64,000 nt of DNA. It comes from Tubulanus polymorphus. Its lineage: Eukaryota > Animalia > Nemertea. The stretch lies in assembly GCF_964204645.1 (NCBI RefSeq), contig NC_134030.1, positions 22,900,210-22,964,209 on the forward strand, read 5' to 3'. Shown here in pieces: positions 37,661-52,305 of the stretch. Under the pieces are notes generated by a model, which made no database searches, was not told where the DNA came from, and was given only the letters and a program-made list of their open reading frames with translations. The number at the start of each line of letters is the position of its first letter. Position 1 is the first letter of the stretch. Made by a program: the position numbers and the translations under genes.

Positions 37661-38309
37661 TAAGAGGTATCTCTCCTCGCGTACAGACTATTCTACTGTT
37701 AGATTTGTGTAAAGATGTTTGTCAACTTGAGATATAAAAGTGAATTCAAATGTCAATCAAACACTTTCATGGTTTTATGCTGATTCAGTAGAGTAACGGC
37801 GAGGAACTGTTTAATCTGAAGGATGTCAATCATAATCGTTTATACTAATCAGTATTCTCTGTGTACCTGCGCCGTCAGTGAGACGTGAATTATACCGTCA
37901 CCGATTTTACTGACGTTTTACTGAAAAACGTCAAAACGTCAAAAACACACGCGACACCGTTACAATGAACGTTGTCTCCTGGTTGCATGAAACCACCTGA
38001 ATATCTGTCACTGTGAATCCGACCACGACTTGAAAATATGTTTAATCGTGGTTTACTAATCTCACAATTTGAAGGGAAGTTTCACAGACAGCGTTTATTT
38101 TTATAGAACTAAACTTATTCGACTAAGGTCGAGCTAAATGGTTATCAGAGTTAGTCGGAAGTGAGACCGAATTTCATTTAAGTCGAAACTACAGTCGCCG
38201 GAACTGGTCAGCCACGGGATTGGGCGCGGTCGCTGCAGTTCGGACCTATTTCCAAGATGGCCGATACTGTGAAATGCGTTACGACCGACGGACTACAGTG
38301 CGTTCGGTT

Positions 38310-38560
<251 letters not shown>

Positions 38561-39169
38561 CTGGTGGAATCTACGGGGACTTCACCGGATATTACACGAG
38601 AAACAATGATTATCATCAATTTCGAGCTAGATCAATTTATCAGTGCGTGGTGCGTGGTGCGTGGGGACCCCGCAATCTATCAGTGCGTCTCTCTGTAATA
38701 ACGTTGCGAGGTGCGTGGAGACCCCCATAGCGTCTGTCACATAAATATCAACCAATCTCGACCACTTGTCAGGCGACAAGTTTCACTGCGCGTTTGGGAC
38801 CACGCAGCGCCGGAGTAACCGCAGACGGTCACTCGCTGTTCGCAAATTGTTCCTATACCGTGTGGACTTGTGTAGTCGAATTAGATTATATAAACCTCGC
38901 TGTTTATTAGTGCATTCACTATCGACGTTCCGTAACGACTAAATCATTTTCCATTTCATCCTCGTCCCTCGACTCGCCGGTACGCCGACCTCCTATTTAT
39001 ACGGACGATAAAAACCGAATAATCTCTTTAACCGATTACGTCACCGGGGAAATACGGCAGTGACGTCATTTGGAAGATACCCGCTGGCACGGTAGAGAGG
39101 AGTCTGATCGCCAGTCGGCTGATTACTGAAACCTCGCATCAGTAATCACTTTCATTGTACTGTACACAG

Positions 39170-39315
<146 letters not shown>

Positions 39316-39538
39316 CACGGGTCAAACACGGTATAATCAACCATTCCAAAATATTATTGGGCTTCCGTGCCTTCCATCTTAGTTCTTCGCTGTTCTTTTT
39401 AACATTATTGCATTCATTCAGCTATGAATATCTTTCATTACTACTGAAGTTTTCATTAATCGTCTATAAACTTTCGACCAGGTCCGACATCAGACCACAC
39501 TATACCTGATATCTCTAGATCTCAATAATTTTGACATC

Positions 39539-40050
39539 AACTAGAATGCCGCTAAGAGTGAATCCCCGAATCAGGTGAAACAACTGAGTGTAAAATACTC
39601 CCTGATCGTATGACGACACGTATATGAAGCCAGCAAATGAAAGATACAAAATGGCTTCCTGTGACAGTAATTTCTGCTGTCTTTGACGTTTGACCTACAC
39701 AACTCGAATTCTATTCAGTTGTCCACTCTCTGTGCAGGGCCATCAAGTTTCACCAATTTACCTTAAACCGTTTTTGAATTAGAGCCCAAAAATGATAAAC
39801 TGACCTTGAAAACTGACCACGACCTTGACCTTAGACCTACATGATCCAAAATCTAATCGGTTACTAAACCTCATCTAGTACGACACAATTGTTGAATTCC
39901 AAGAATATCCGGGTTTGAAATAAAGGGTTTAGGTGCTAGGGCGCGGAAACCACTGCGGAGGAAGATGGACGGATGCACGGACGGACGGGCGCACGGACGA
40001 CGAAAAGAATACAGCCCCCCCCCCCCCCCACAACGTACGCCAGGGGACCA
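39539..40050 (+). mobile_element. Non-autonomous Helentron-associated element (HINE/DINE-1-like)
   Basis: Starts AACTAGAA, has internal TGACCTTGACCT-type motifs and an (ACGG)n microsatellite near the 3' end, then a CCCC..GGGG terminal hairpin. This is the typical architecture. Confidence 0.6.
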
Positions 40051-40965
40051 CGATTCTATAGTTACGAGTCTGAGTTGAAAGTTGAACGAATTGTACAGAA
40101 ACGAATCTATTCATTTCTTGCAAATGACTCGAAGAGATGAGTCGAAATCGATTGAAACGTGAATCATGTAAATAAAATCATAATCATCATGAAGATTTTG
40201 ATAGTTGCGTTTATACTATTATTATTCAAATAAAACCAGCCCCGGTACTGCAGGTTAAATTGAACATTGTCTATGAAACCAGCCCCTGCCTGTGCTGCAG
40301 GTTAAATAGAACAGAATCCACGGATTCTATGAAAGGACATTCATTGAGACGTCGAAACGACTTTAAATGTTGCAGCGATTCTGGCTCTTCCGGCGTGAAA
40401 TTCAGCGTGTTGCAGAAATTTCCGCATCCGAGTAAAAATAGGTAAATTTACATAAAACGACGACGTCGTTGAGTGCGCGGTATTAGAGACGATGTGTCTG
40501 TGGATAATTGAAGTAATTATGGACAATTTTCTGAACTTCTATCGAGTAGGAACCGAACGGATTTTACGACGATGGCGCGCGAGCGATGCAGCGAAGTTTC
40601 AAACGGTTATTTAGAGGTCGATTCTCTCTCTAACAGACACAGGATACAAATCTACGGTTTATTGTAACTTGACCTCGACATAGATTCCAAACGTCTCTAA
40701 AAAAGCAGATAAAAACTAATTTGATGGAGAAGATTTGGAAACGATTGAAGACATTCAACTGAAAGTGTCGCGGTTCATCGAAAACTTGTTTTAAAGTTTT
40801 CGAAATTGGAAGCGAAATTTAGCCAGGTTTTGATTGGTCTTATGATTGTTTATTCCGGGATCTGTAAACTTGATACCAGAGTTTGTAATCCGGAAATACT
40901 TTATAATTCCTAAATATCGGTATCATGAAACGTTATGCCCCCGGAAAGGCCTTCGACCGATACTG

Positions 40966-41087
<122 letters not shown>

Positions 41088-41647
41088 ACCATGTATATAA
41101 AATACCCTGCGGGGGGCCATATATGACATATCGGGAAAATGCTGATATGAGAATGGATGCCCGGTAGGGTATAAACTGGGGGAAACACCGAAATATGTGG
41201 AAATCGAAGCCAGTTTCAATATCTGGGGGATTTTACGCACATACAAATTAACACTTAGCAGAAGTTCGGAATCACTGTCTACCTATAAGTGAGTTATCGA
41301 TCGCCGACGGTCGAAATTGCTGAGACAAATTCTAAATCGATTTGATATATCGCCATTAGATATTTCTATATGCAGTTTCTAGATATCTCTGATATACGTT
41401 ACTCAATTGAGAATCGATTTATATTGAACCAAGCTGTTTATGGATTACAACATTTCGACTTGTAATAAGTGTAATACATTCGATCCTCGTTATCAGTACG
41501 ACTTCAACTTATGATTTTAAGAATTCGCGGTTTTTCTTATAGTATTTTCCTATACAAATATTTACTTGTCGCGATCACATTAATATTAGATATTCCCGGT
41601 AATACGATGTAAAATCTCACTAGCTCCTTATTCATTTCTATAGTAAA

Positions 41648-41866
41648 TAAACACCCTCAGTAGTGGTTCCTAATCTTTTAAACACCCTTAGTAGTGGTTC
41701 CTAATCTTTTAAACACCCTTAGTAGTGGTTTCCCATCTTTTAAACACCCTTAGTAGTGGTTTCCCATCTTTTAAACACCCTGAATAGTGGTTCCTCATCT
41801 TTTAAACACCCTTAGTAGTGGTTTCTCATCTTTTAAACACCCTTAGTAGTGGTTTCCAATCTTTTT
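41648..41866. repeat. 31-bp minisatellite, about 7 copies
   Basis: AAACACCCTTAGTAGTGGTT(CCTA/TCCC)ATCTTTT. Confidence 0.95.
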
Positions 41867-42692
41867 TAAAGTTGAACTCATTAATTCTGCATCGCCTGAG
41901 CTATCTATTGTGTAGTGGCCCTGACCAGTATAATGTTGAGGTAATTATGGAATTATGTTCATCAAATGGTTCAAATTAATACGAAATTCGGTTAGTGCGA
42001 TGATGACTTTTGAGTTTCTCACGGAAATCGTCGTAATGAGGTTCGTCAGTGGAAATATATGATTCTATGTTAAAACGTTATAGTTTATCTACACGTGAAC
42101 ATCAGTAAAGCTTCATTGTGTGATACCCGTGGTTCCACCAGGACCGAAATTCAAACGCGATGAACAAATATTGGTCGAATAACAGTAATATTAGATCATT
42201 TAGAAAATCATCTTACATGAAACGATATATAAATTGGTCAGGTCGGTTTCTGTGGGGTGGGGTTTAAACTCGACGTATTTAATTCCTTATTGTCAGTTGC
42301 CGCAAGGACAGTTATAATATACCCAATACTACTGCATATATTCATAAATATTCAATTACAAATCAGAATCAAATCAGATCTATCTACAAACACAGATATA
42401 TCCGATCGAATTCTGAGACAATCTTCAACGTGTTACAATTGCTTTAATATAAACCATAAACAAATATCTCTTAATCGGATTATTCTGCTCTTTCTGACTC
42501 TCATTAACAGCGGCCCTGTCTTATATCTAGGACTCACTCTCCCGTTCCATTTTCATGTGTGGTTTAATTATAACCGCGCGAAGTAAAAAGCGGTGACACA
42601 AAAGTGAGTTTTCATCCAATTAGTGAAACATTATCTGTCTGTAGATCGTCGCGTGTGTGGATCAGAACAACATCGACTCGAGAGGGAGATAG

Positions 42693-43097
42693 AGCAAGAA
42701 GAGAGGAGGAGGGAGGGGGCAGGTGTGAGGAGGGAGAGGGCAGGAGGGAGGGGGCAGGAGAGAGGAGGGAGAGGGGGCAGGAGAGAGGAGGGAGAGGGGG
42801 GCAGGAGAGAGGAGGGAGGGGCAGGAGAGAGGAGGGAGAGGCAGGAGAGAGGAGAGAGGGGGCAGGAGAGAGGAGGGAGAGGGGGCAGGAGAGAGGAGGG
42901 AGAGGGGGGCAGGAGAGAGGAGGGAGGGGCAGGAGAGAGGAGGGAGAGGGGGCAGGAGAGAGGAGGGAGGGGGCAGGAGGGAGGAGGGGCAGGAGAGAGG
43001 AGGGAGAGGGGGCAGGAGAGAGGAGGGAGAGGGGGCAGGAGAGAGGAGGGAGAGGGGGGCAGGAGAGAGGAGGGAGAGGCAGGTGAGAGGAGGGAGA
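42693..43097 (+). repeat. Polypurine minisatellite
   Basis: GGCAGGAGAGAGGAGGGAGAGGG-type units. Confidence 0.95.
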
Positions 43098-44517
43098 GTA
43101 AAGGAACTGGATCCAAAACTATGGAAATAGGTTCCCAACCATGGAAATGGATCCAGGTCGATAGTTTTTCTAGATTCGATGAGAAAGATTCAAAGGCTAT
43201 CTTCTCGAAACCACGTGGCATGTATCAATAATCAAACAGCGATGTAGAAATATGAGTTCCTGGTTTCATCTAACACAATTCTCTCAATCCGCCTGCAACA
43301 GCGATCTAGTGCTTACAATATCCACTGAGACAAAAAAAAACGACCAGAAAAAAAACCTATTTATCTTCGCAGGAGATTTTTTTGTGTCGTTGTTCATGTG
43401 TTGGTCGTCGATGCGGCGGGATGTGGTGATCGGTCTTACCGGGGACATCCACTGCGCCAGTGACGACGTTCGGCGATTCGAATCAATTATTCCTTTCTTT
43501 ACATGCGTCGCAGCTCAGTTTATCGGAAGGCTCTGAGTTATTTTATCATTTCTGTTCGGCCGCACACGAATTCCCAATAGGGAAAGAGAACTTTTATCCG
43601 CTTTGATAATGCGGAAAATTGAAATGGAAATATATCGGGAACTGAATATGGGATTCGACGCGAAATGAAATTAGCGGAGCCAGAATTAATGGGGTTCGAA
43701 CCTGAATAAAGTGCGCGTCGCTCGTTGAATGGCCTGTAATTGAATGATGTTACTGTTGTCGTTAGTAGGTTTCAGTAAGTTGGACAGGTTGTGAATTAAA
43801 GATAGATCCATCACCCGGTCACAAACAGACAGACGGACAGCCAGACAAACGGACAGCCAGACACATTGTTCCGAGGAGCTATAGATTTACTACCTTTGTA
43901 CTGATGAATTAGCGCGGCCAGGACAGGGGCGTGGGGGGGGGAAAGGGGGAGGGAGGGGAGGGGGCGGGGCATTCATCATCGTCGTCGTCAATCATCCGTT
44001 TTATTGTCACAGAGTCGTACAGTGCCCTCTGGTGGTCAGCGGTCACAATAATAGCCTATAATACCCGGCAATTTTCGGTGTTGATGGTCTCTAAATGCCA
44101 TCATTCCAACACGCCCTCTAGCGACGACAAGTCACAAACCCGATAGCGCCCTCTAGCAGTGAGTGGTCGTACTAATAGAAACTACAGGATCAGGTAAGTA
44201 TTCTACTTATCTCTAGTTGATAATCTCAACAGCCTGAGTTTAACAGATGATATATTTTTCTACAAACATATTGGATCGAACAGCGGGTTGAACTGAAGGT
44301 CAAGTGGAGGTGGCCGGTTGAAGTAGGTAATTAGTGCGCTATCTATTCGAAGACAGGTGTGAATCAATCACTGACTCCCGTGAGAGAAAGAAGATACCGA
44401 ATTCTAACTGTTAACAACAGCGGCCGCCATGTCGATAAACTTTACCGAACCGCCGCAGTGATTCCCCGTGTATCGACCCCTGGCCTACCTCTCATCGGTG
44501 TACAATAGTAATTGAAC

Positions 44518-47021
44518 ATACCCTACAACAATATATCCATACAACTACCTCCATATATCCCCACAACTACCTCAATATATCCCCACAACTACCTCTATAT
44601 ATCCTCACAACTACCTCCATATATCCTCACAACTACCTCCATAAATCCTCACAACTACCTCCATATATCCTCACAACTACCTCCATATATCCCTACAACT
44701 ACCTCCATATATCCCTACAACTACCTCCATATATCCCCACAACTACCTCCATATATCCCCACAACTACCTCCATATATCCCCACAACTACCTCAATATAT
44801 CCCCACAACTACCTCCATATATCCCCACAACTACCTCCATATATCCCTACAACTACCTCCATATATCCCTACAACTACCTCCATATATCCCCACAACTAC
44901 CTCCATATATCCTCACAACTACCTCCATATATCCTCACAACTACCTCCATATATCCCCACAACTACCTCCATATATCCCCACAACTACCTCCATATATCC
45001 CTACAACTACCTCCATATATCCCTACAACTACCTCCATATATCCCCACAACTACCTCCATATATCCCCACAACTACCTCCATATATCCTCACAACTACCT
45101 CCATATATCCCTACAACTACCTCCATATATCCCTACAACTACCTCCATATATCCCCACAACTACCTCCATATATCCCCACAACTACCTCCACATATCCTC
45201 ACAACTACCTCCATATATCCCTACAACTACCTCCATATATCCCCACAACTACCTCCATAAATCCTCACAACTACCTCCATATATCCTCACAACTACCTCC
45301 ATATATCCTCACAACTACCTCCATATATCCCCACAACTACCTCAATATATCCCCACAACTACCTCCATATATCCCTACAACTACCTCCATATATCCCCAC
45401 AACTACCTCCACATATCCCCACAACTACCTCCATATATCCTCACAACTACCTCCATATATCCCCACAACTACCTCTATATATCCTCACAACTACCTCCAT
45501 ATATCCTCACAACTACCTCCATATATCCCCACAACTACCTCCATATATCCCCACAACTACCTCCACATATCCTCACAACTACCTCCATATATCCCTACAA
45601 CTACCTCCATATATCCCCACAACTACCTCCATAAATCCTCACAACTACCTCCATATATCCTCACAACTACCTCCATATATCCTCACAACTACCTCCATAT
45701 ATCCCCACAACTACCTCAATATATCCCCACAACTACCTCCATATATCCCTACAACTACCTCCATATATCCCCACAACTACCTCCACATATCCCCACAACT
45801 ACCTCCATATATCCTCACAACTACCTCCATATATCCCCACAACTACCTCTATATATCCTCACAACTACCTCCATATATCCCCACAACTACCTCCATATAT
45901 CCTCACAACTACCTCCATAAATCCTCACAACTACCTCCATATATCCCCACAACTACCTCTATATATCCTCACAACTACCTCCATAAATCCTCACAACTAC
46001 CTCCATATATCCTCACAACTACCTCCATATATCCTCACAACTACCTCCATATATCCCTACAACTACCTCCATATATCCCCACAACTACCTCCACATATCC
46101 CCACAACTACCTCCACATATCCCCACAACTACCTCCATATATCCTCACAACTACCTCCATATATCCCTACAACTACCTCCATATATCCTCACAACTACCT
46201 CCACATATCCCCACAACTACCTCCATATATCCTCACAACTACCTCCATATATCCCCACAACTACCTCCATATATCCCCACAACTACCTCCACATATCCCC
46301 ACAACTACCTCCATATATCCCCACAACTACCTCTATATATCCCCACAACTACCTCCATATATCCTCACAACTACCTCCATAAATCCTCACAACTACCTCC
46401 ATATATCCTCACAACTACCTCCATATATCCTCACAACTACCTCCATATATCCCCACAACTACCTCCATAAATCCTCACAACTACCTCCATATATCCTCAC
46501 AACTACCTCCATATATCCTCACAACTACCTCCATATATCCCCACAACTACCTCCATATATCCTCACAACTACCTCCATATATCCCTACAACTACCTCCAT
46601 ATATCCCTACAACTACCTCCATATATCCCTACAACTACCTCCATATATCCCCACAACTACCTCCATATATCCCTACAACTACCTCCATATATCCCCACAA
46701 CTACCTCAATATATCCCCACAACTACCTCCATATATCCCCACAACTACCTCAATATATCCCCACAACTACCTCTATATATCCTCACAACTACCTCCATAA
46801 ATCCTCACAACTACCTCCATATATCCTCACAACTACCTCCATATATCCTCACAACTACCTCCATATATCCCTACAACTACCTCCATATATCCCCACAACT
46901 ACCTCCACATATCCCTACAACTACCTCCATATATCCTCACAACTACCTCCATATATCCCTACAACTACCTCCATATATCCTCACAACTACCTCAATATAT
47001 CCCCACAACTACCTCCATATA
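44518..47021. repeat. 22-bp satellite, about 114 copies
   Basis: ACAACTACCTCCATATATCC(CC/TC/CT); no G seen on the + strand. Confidence 0.99.
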
Positions 47022-47658
47022 ATAATCCTGAAAAGACCGCACAGTCTGTCTGGAAGACCTGACAAGAAAAGATGTCCACCTTCATAAATCACCAACCTGC
47101 CTATTTATAATTAGATCTACAGATCCTTCTAGAAAAGATGTCTGCCTCCATAAATCCCCCTATGACATCATAAAAAGATACCTACGATTCAATTTATTTC
47201 TCCTTCATAAATACAGTTTTACACTGAATCTATCGCTGGGTCATAAGATTTATAGAGGCCATTCTTTCCTGAACCGGTTTCCTAAGCTGCTTAGGTAATA
47301 TTCGTATTGTCTGAGACACGGACCCTTTCTATCAGATTCTATTTCTTTATCTTTTGCCTTCAAACTATTTTCGCTGATAAGACGCCGCCGGTCTCGCGAG
47401 AGTAACGTCTTCTCTCGCTAAACAATCCGTTTAATCATCCAATTTCCGGGATTTATTGTTACCCGTTTCCACTATTGTACGGAATTCGATTGATGGCCAC
47501 GTTTTCAAACACGTCTCAAAAAGGAATCATTTCCCGTTCAGAGGGAAAGCTCCAGTCAAAAGGAAAGCTCCAGTCAGAAGGAAAGCTCCAGTCAGTCAAC
47601 GCGTTATTTATAGAAAAATCTGGTTTCCAAAAAACAACCAGACTTAAGACCAGAGACA

Positions 47659-47734
<76 letters not shown>
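47659..47734. repeat. (GGCT)19 microsatellite
   Basis: Pure tract. Confidence 0.98.
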
Positions 47735-48138
47735 CATATCCAACACATATTAGAATTCCTCGATCGACTGAGAATAAAACGGATCAATTTAAGAAAAATG
47801 AAGCGTGACTTTATTTTTCGTGTTGTCGGAATAGATATTAATTTGAGTTGAGGCGCGCGTGTGTGTGTGTTCAGAGTTGCGTGACCGTCCACACTTAAAC
47901 AACATTAGACATTCGTCCTAACGAGTAACAACTCTCACAAGTCACGCTCTCTCTCACTCTCTCTCATTCCGGAACGAGATTAAAACTCGATTACGTAATT
48001 CAATTTTGTTTTTTAACAGTTGAACAGTTCACGAATTCGTGATTCAATTCGTGATTCAATTCGTGCTTCAATTCGTGATTCAATTTGTTTGAAACATTTT
48101 CCGCATAAACCTCGAAATCAGGACCATTAGTCGCCAAA

Positions 48139-48427
48139 GAGTCCGTGCTTTAGTCACTGAGTCCGCGCTGTAGTCACTGAGTCCGCGCTGTAGTCACTGA
48201 GTCCGTGCTGTAGTCACTGAGTCCGAGCTGTAGTCACTGAGTCCGTGCTGTAGTCACTGAGTCCGCGCTGTAGTTACTAAGTCCGCGCTGTAGTCACTGA
48301 GTCCGTGCTGTAGTCACTGAGTCCGCGCTGTAGTTACTGAGTCCGCGCTGTAGTCACCGAGTCCGCGCTGTAGTCACTGAGTCCGCGCTGTAGTCACTGA
48401 GTCCGCGCTGTAGTCACCGAGTCCGCT
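48139..48427. repeat. 20-bp minisatellite, about 14 copies
   Basis: GAGTCCG(C/T)GCTGTAGTCACT. Confidence 0.96.
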
Positions 48428-48648
48428 ATGAATTTTTTTTTTGGTTGTATACATCTCTATAGAACAGCTAAACAGTAATGAACTGTGGGTAGAACTGGAT
48501 GTGGAGGATGGTGTTAAATATTAACTCTAAGGGCGCGGTTATTGTCAGATAATCAGGTTTATATCTTACACAAACATCGTTTCAATTTGTGTCCGCAAAG
48601 TCAAACAATTAACATCTATCAAGTAAACAGATATTCATTAGATCCCTG

Positions 48649-48785
48649 GGTTCAGTCGCATAGTCGGGACTTAATTCCAAAAATGGTCGTAATCTTAAGA
48701 CTGGTCTTAAGTTGAAAGATGGGCAAGATAAACAAAATTGGTCTTAGACTGGTCTTAGTTAAAGCGATGACTATGCAACCAGCCC
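48649..48785 (-). mobile_element. Harbinger-like MITE, diverged inverted copy of 50659-50796
   Basis: CTG|GGTTCAGTCGCATAGTC ... GACTATGCAACCAGCCC|CAG with internal CTTAAGACTGGTCTTAAG. Confidence 0.8.
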
Positions 48786-48961
48786 CAGAATGACATCATC
48801 AAATCTCCCTAGCTCAAACTGCTGCAACTACACGCATGTTGAATTCACGAATCATACTGTTTAATTCTATAGAAGAAATCGCTAATAATTTTAAGTTAAT
48901 CGGCAAAGAAAATTAAAGAAACTCCTTTTTCGATTCAGTAAAACAAAAAGAAAGAACTTAC

Positions 48962-49180
48962 TTTCAAAAAGAGCCAAACTTCGGTATCATTCCAAACTGT
49001 TTGTTGTTTAACGTAAATCCCACCAGAGCGTTTTGATACATCATGGGCAGCTGCAGCAGCGCAGAAACTTGCAGCGACAGCAGCGGCAGCAGCAGCAGCA
49101 GCTGCGGCGGCGGTTAGTTAAACAGTTACTGAAACTGACATTATCATCCAGCGTTGAGGCTACACCAGCAGCATATCTAC
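48962..49180 (-). other. Candidate non-coding 5'UTR exon (possibly of the FMRFamide-receptor-like gene)
   Basis: Consensus minus-strand donor AAA|GTAAGT at 48961, a CTG/CCG-rich UTR-like segment, and an adjacent 400-bp GA/CT tract upstream. Confidence 0.3.
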
Positions 49181-49185
49181 TACCC

Positions 49186-49601
49186 CCATCCCCTCCCTCC
49201 TCTCTCTCCTCTCTTCTCTCACTGTCTCCTCTCACTCCCTTCTCTCTCTCCCCATCTCTCTCCCTCCACTCTCTCCCCATCTCTCACTCCCCTCCTCTCT
49301 CTTCTCACTCCCCTCTCTCTCCCTCCTCTCTCTCTCCCTCTCTCCTCTCTCTCTCCCTCTCTCCCTCCTCACTCCTCTCTCTTCTCTCTCCCTCCTCTCT
49401 CCTTCTCTCTCCCTTTCTCCTCTCTCTCTCCCTCTCTCCCTCCTCACTCCTCTCTCTTCTCACTCCCCTCTCTCTCCCTCCTCTCTCTCTCCCTCTCTCC
49501 TCTCTCTCTCCCTCTCTCCCTCCTCACTCCTCTCTCTTCTCTCTCCCTCTCTCCCCTCTCTCTCCCTCCTCTCTCCTCTCTCTTCTCTCTCCTCTCTCCC
49601 C
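49186..49601 (+). repeat. Polypyrimidine low-complexity tract
   Basis: About 415 bp, almost all C/T. Confidence 0.95.
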
Positions 49602-50078
49602 GTCGCAATATCAGTAAATAACAATTTAATGTCTGATTCTTCACGTTATAAAGTCATTTAATTTTGCGTCGCCTCGTCAGAGACATGTCTAGTAACGTTT
49701 CCATTTATTCTGCGCCTTCAACTGGAATTACACCGTCAAAATGTTTGTCACTAACACCCCCTCCCCCTCCTCACGCCTCTAACACCCCTCCCCCTCCTAA
49801 GTAACCTTAGCCCTAACAGATGAAACGACCCCTAACGGATGAACCACTGACCCCTGATAGAAACCCTATCACAGGCGTTCATCACCTCATCGCTCGCTCG
49901 CGTCGCACGTGTTCAGAATTCATTTACACACAATCAGACCGGACACAAACCAGACGTCAAATAATTCTTAATTCATATAATATTTCATCGAAGCTATCGA
50001 CATCACAATAGATAAATGATGATATGGATTGAAAGTTCGGTCAGGTCCCGGGTAGCCCTGAGACCGAACACTTTTTTC

Positions 50079-50330
50079 TGGTCACCGGTTGCCACACTTG
50101 ACTGGTCACGAGTCACCACACTGACCACACAAACTAGCTATCACTGCCAATCACTACTCGTCTATGGTCTAGTGGTTAGTGTGCTCGGCTGACGTGCCTT
50201 GGGTCGCAGGTTCGAGTCCTGTTAGGGTTAGGGTTACGGGTGACCTGGGGGTTTCAGTCGAGCTAGGGTTAGGGTTACAGGCGACCTAGGGTTACGGCTG
50301 AGCCTAGAGATAGGGTAATTGAGAAACTAG
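50079..50330 (+). mobile_element. tRNA-like interspersed element with TTAGGG repeats (copy 2)
   Basis: Leader shared with 29634 (GACCACACAAACT). A-box at 50165-50175, B-box at 50209-50219, followed by TTAGGGTTAGGGTTA blocks. Confidence 0.7.
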
Positions 50331-50658
50331 GGACGTCTCGGGATGTATTGCCGTTCCAGTTGACATCTTTTTTTGTATCTTTCGTACCGGAAAATCTGCA
50401 GGAAATTCATCGCATCTCATGAAATCCCTTCTGCCATCAGAGAACTGTCATCGTTTTATGACGAGATGAATTGTAATACAAATAGTGTGTTTCACATTGA
50501 GATACTGAAACGACTGTTCACTTCATCTCTTAACATTGACGGCTCTGATCAAGGATGATACTTCTAACGTATCCTTTTTCACAACCCATCTATTTCTCAT
50601 AAATACATTCCGCAGATTCGATAAAATGATAAAACAATTTCCTCCTTGTCCGAACCAG

Positions 50659-50796
50659 GGGCCAGTTGCATAGTCATGGCTTAGACTTAAGACCATTTTA
50701 ATACAAACTTAGTTCTATAGCTAACCTAACAACTTAAGACCAGTCTTAAGATTTAAGACCACTTTTGGACTTAAGTCCCGACTGTACAACTGGCCC
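50659..50796 (+). mobile_element. PIF/Harbinger-type MITE, 138 bp
   Basis: TIR GGGCCAGTTGCATAGTC / GACTGTACAACTGGCCC, with an exact 3-bp TSD CAG at 50656-50658 and 50797-50799. Confidence 0.9.
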
Positions 50797-51204
50797 CAGT
50801 AGTTTATAGGATGTACAGTGTGTATAGAATACATCGGAATTCTCTATTTACAAATTGAATGTCAACTACATAATGAATGGATTATTTGCGTGTGTCAGAC
50901 TCAGCGGAGGTGCATTAGGCTCTCTACACTCCCTCATCTCTCTCTCTCTCTTCTCTCTTTGGTTCTGGTCGTAATATTCATTTTTCTAAAGAATGACATT
51001 GAATGACAAATATTCTGTAAGTACCCTCGCTTGCTCCTCGCTCGGTTGGTTCAGTGGCCATGAAACAAAATATGAGTGATCTACTCGATACGGAGTGCGT
51101 GTCCGATATCGTGTCCTACTCAACTCCTCCAGCTCCGACCAAAGAGAAAATAGATTTCTGTTTCAATCCATAATTATCATCATCATCAAACTGTTGTCGA
51201 GAAA

Positions 51205-51463
51205 TGGTCTTAAACTGAAGACCAGTCTAAGCTGATTTTGGTTCTATAACCAATCTATCAACTTCAGTCTAAACTCATTCTGGTTCCATAATAAATCTAT
51301 CAACTTAAGACCAGCCTAAGCTAATTTGGTTCTATAGACAATTTAAAAACTTAAGACCAGTCTGAACTCATTCTGGTTCTATAGACAATCTAACTACTTA
51401 AGACCAGTCTAAACTCATTTTGGTTCTATAACCAATCTAACAACTTAAGACCAGTCTAAACTT
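51205..51463 (+). repeat. About 47-bp tandem array homologous to the MITE interior, about 5.5 copies
   Basis: AACTTAAGACCAGTCTAAACTCATTTTGGTTCTATAACCAATCTAAC. Confidence 0.88.
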
Positions 51464-52077
51464 AACTGTTTCCATCTTTATTTCAAACTTTTCAGTTCAC
51501 AAACGTGACATATTTGGATATATATATATATGTATATTAAATGCGTGGAGACGACCCGGAGGTGAGATTTGTGTTCAATAAAAGGCTCGACAAAGTAAAC
51601 GGGTCGTTTAGTAGTAGTAGAATATCAAGGGCAGGTGTAGCTAAAGGTAAAACGATAATATCGTACCATCATTTAACACGTGATCAACGAAAACAGCAAC
51701 TTCACGTGCGATATCATCGAGAGGTGATTACATCACACGTGGAATACCCGATTAGTTCGTAATCTCCATTCAACGCGATTAGGTTCGAATCTCAAATAAA
51801 TGTGAAAATGTTAAAAGAGATTAAAACGAAACGATCACCTGTCCTGATCGCGAACCGTTTCACGCGGTAAATATGGCGTCCGGTTTTGTTTCTGCCTGTC
51901 ATTACCCGTCATGCATCGTTATTATTGCGTGATAATTGGATTTATCAGGACAGGAAGCGGAAGTGATCAGTTATTGCAGAAGTAATTGATGATTTGTCAA
52001 AGCGATGAAGGATGCTCGTACTTAGAACTGTAATACTTCATCTGACAGCAGTTCTGTCAACAACTCAGTGCTGCCAG

Positions 52078-52305
52078 TAACCTAAATCTGAGGAATTGGA
52101 TTCGGCGAATTAGATGTTAACCTAAAACTGAGGAATTGGATTCGGCGAATTAAATGTTAACCTAAAAGTGAGGAATTGGATTCGGCGAATTAAATGTTAA
52201 CCTAAAACTGAGAAACTGGATTTGGCGAATTAAATATTAACCTAAATCTGAGGAATTGGATTCGGCGAATTAAATGTTAACCTAAAACTGAGGAACTGGA
52301 TTTGG
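52078..52305. repeat. 40-bp minisatellite, about 5.7 copies
   Basis: TAACCTAAAACTGAGGAATTGGATTCGGCGAATTAAATGT. Confidence 0.95.

Noticed and set aside
44512-46470. 652-aa Pro/Thr/Tyr-rich ORF resembling an adhesive or extensin-like protein
   Set aside because: The 22-bp unit is not a multiple of 3 and cycles through frames. The G-free strand permits only TAA stops. TTG start and no signal peptide.
50221-50292. True telomere or chromosome fusion site
   Set aside because: Only two or three contiguous TTAGGG units, embedded in an interspersed element, with no head-to-head arrays.
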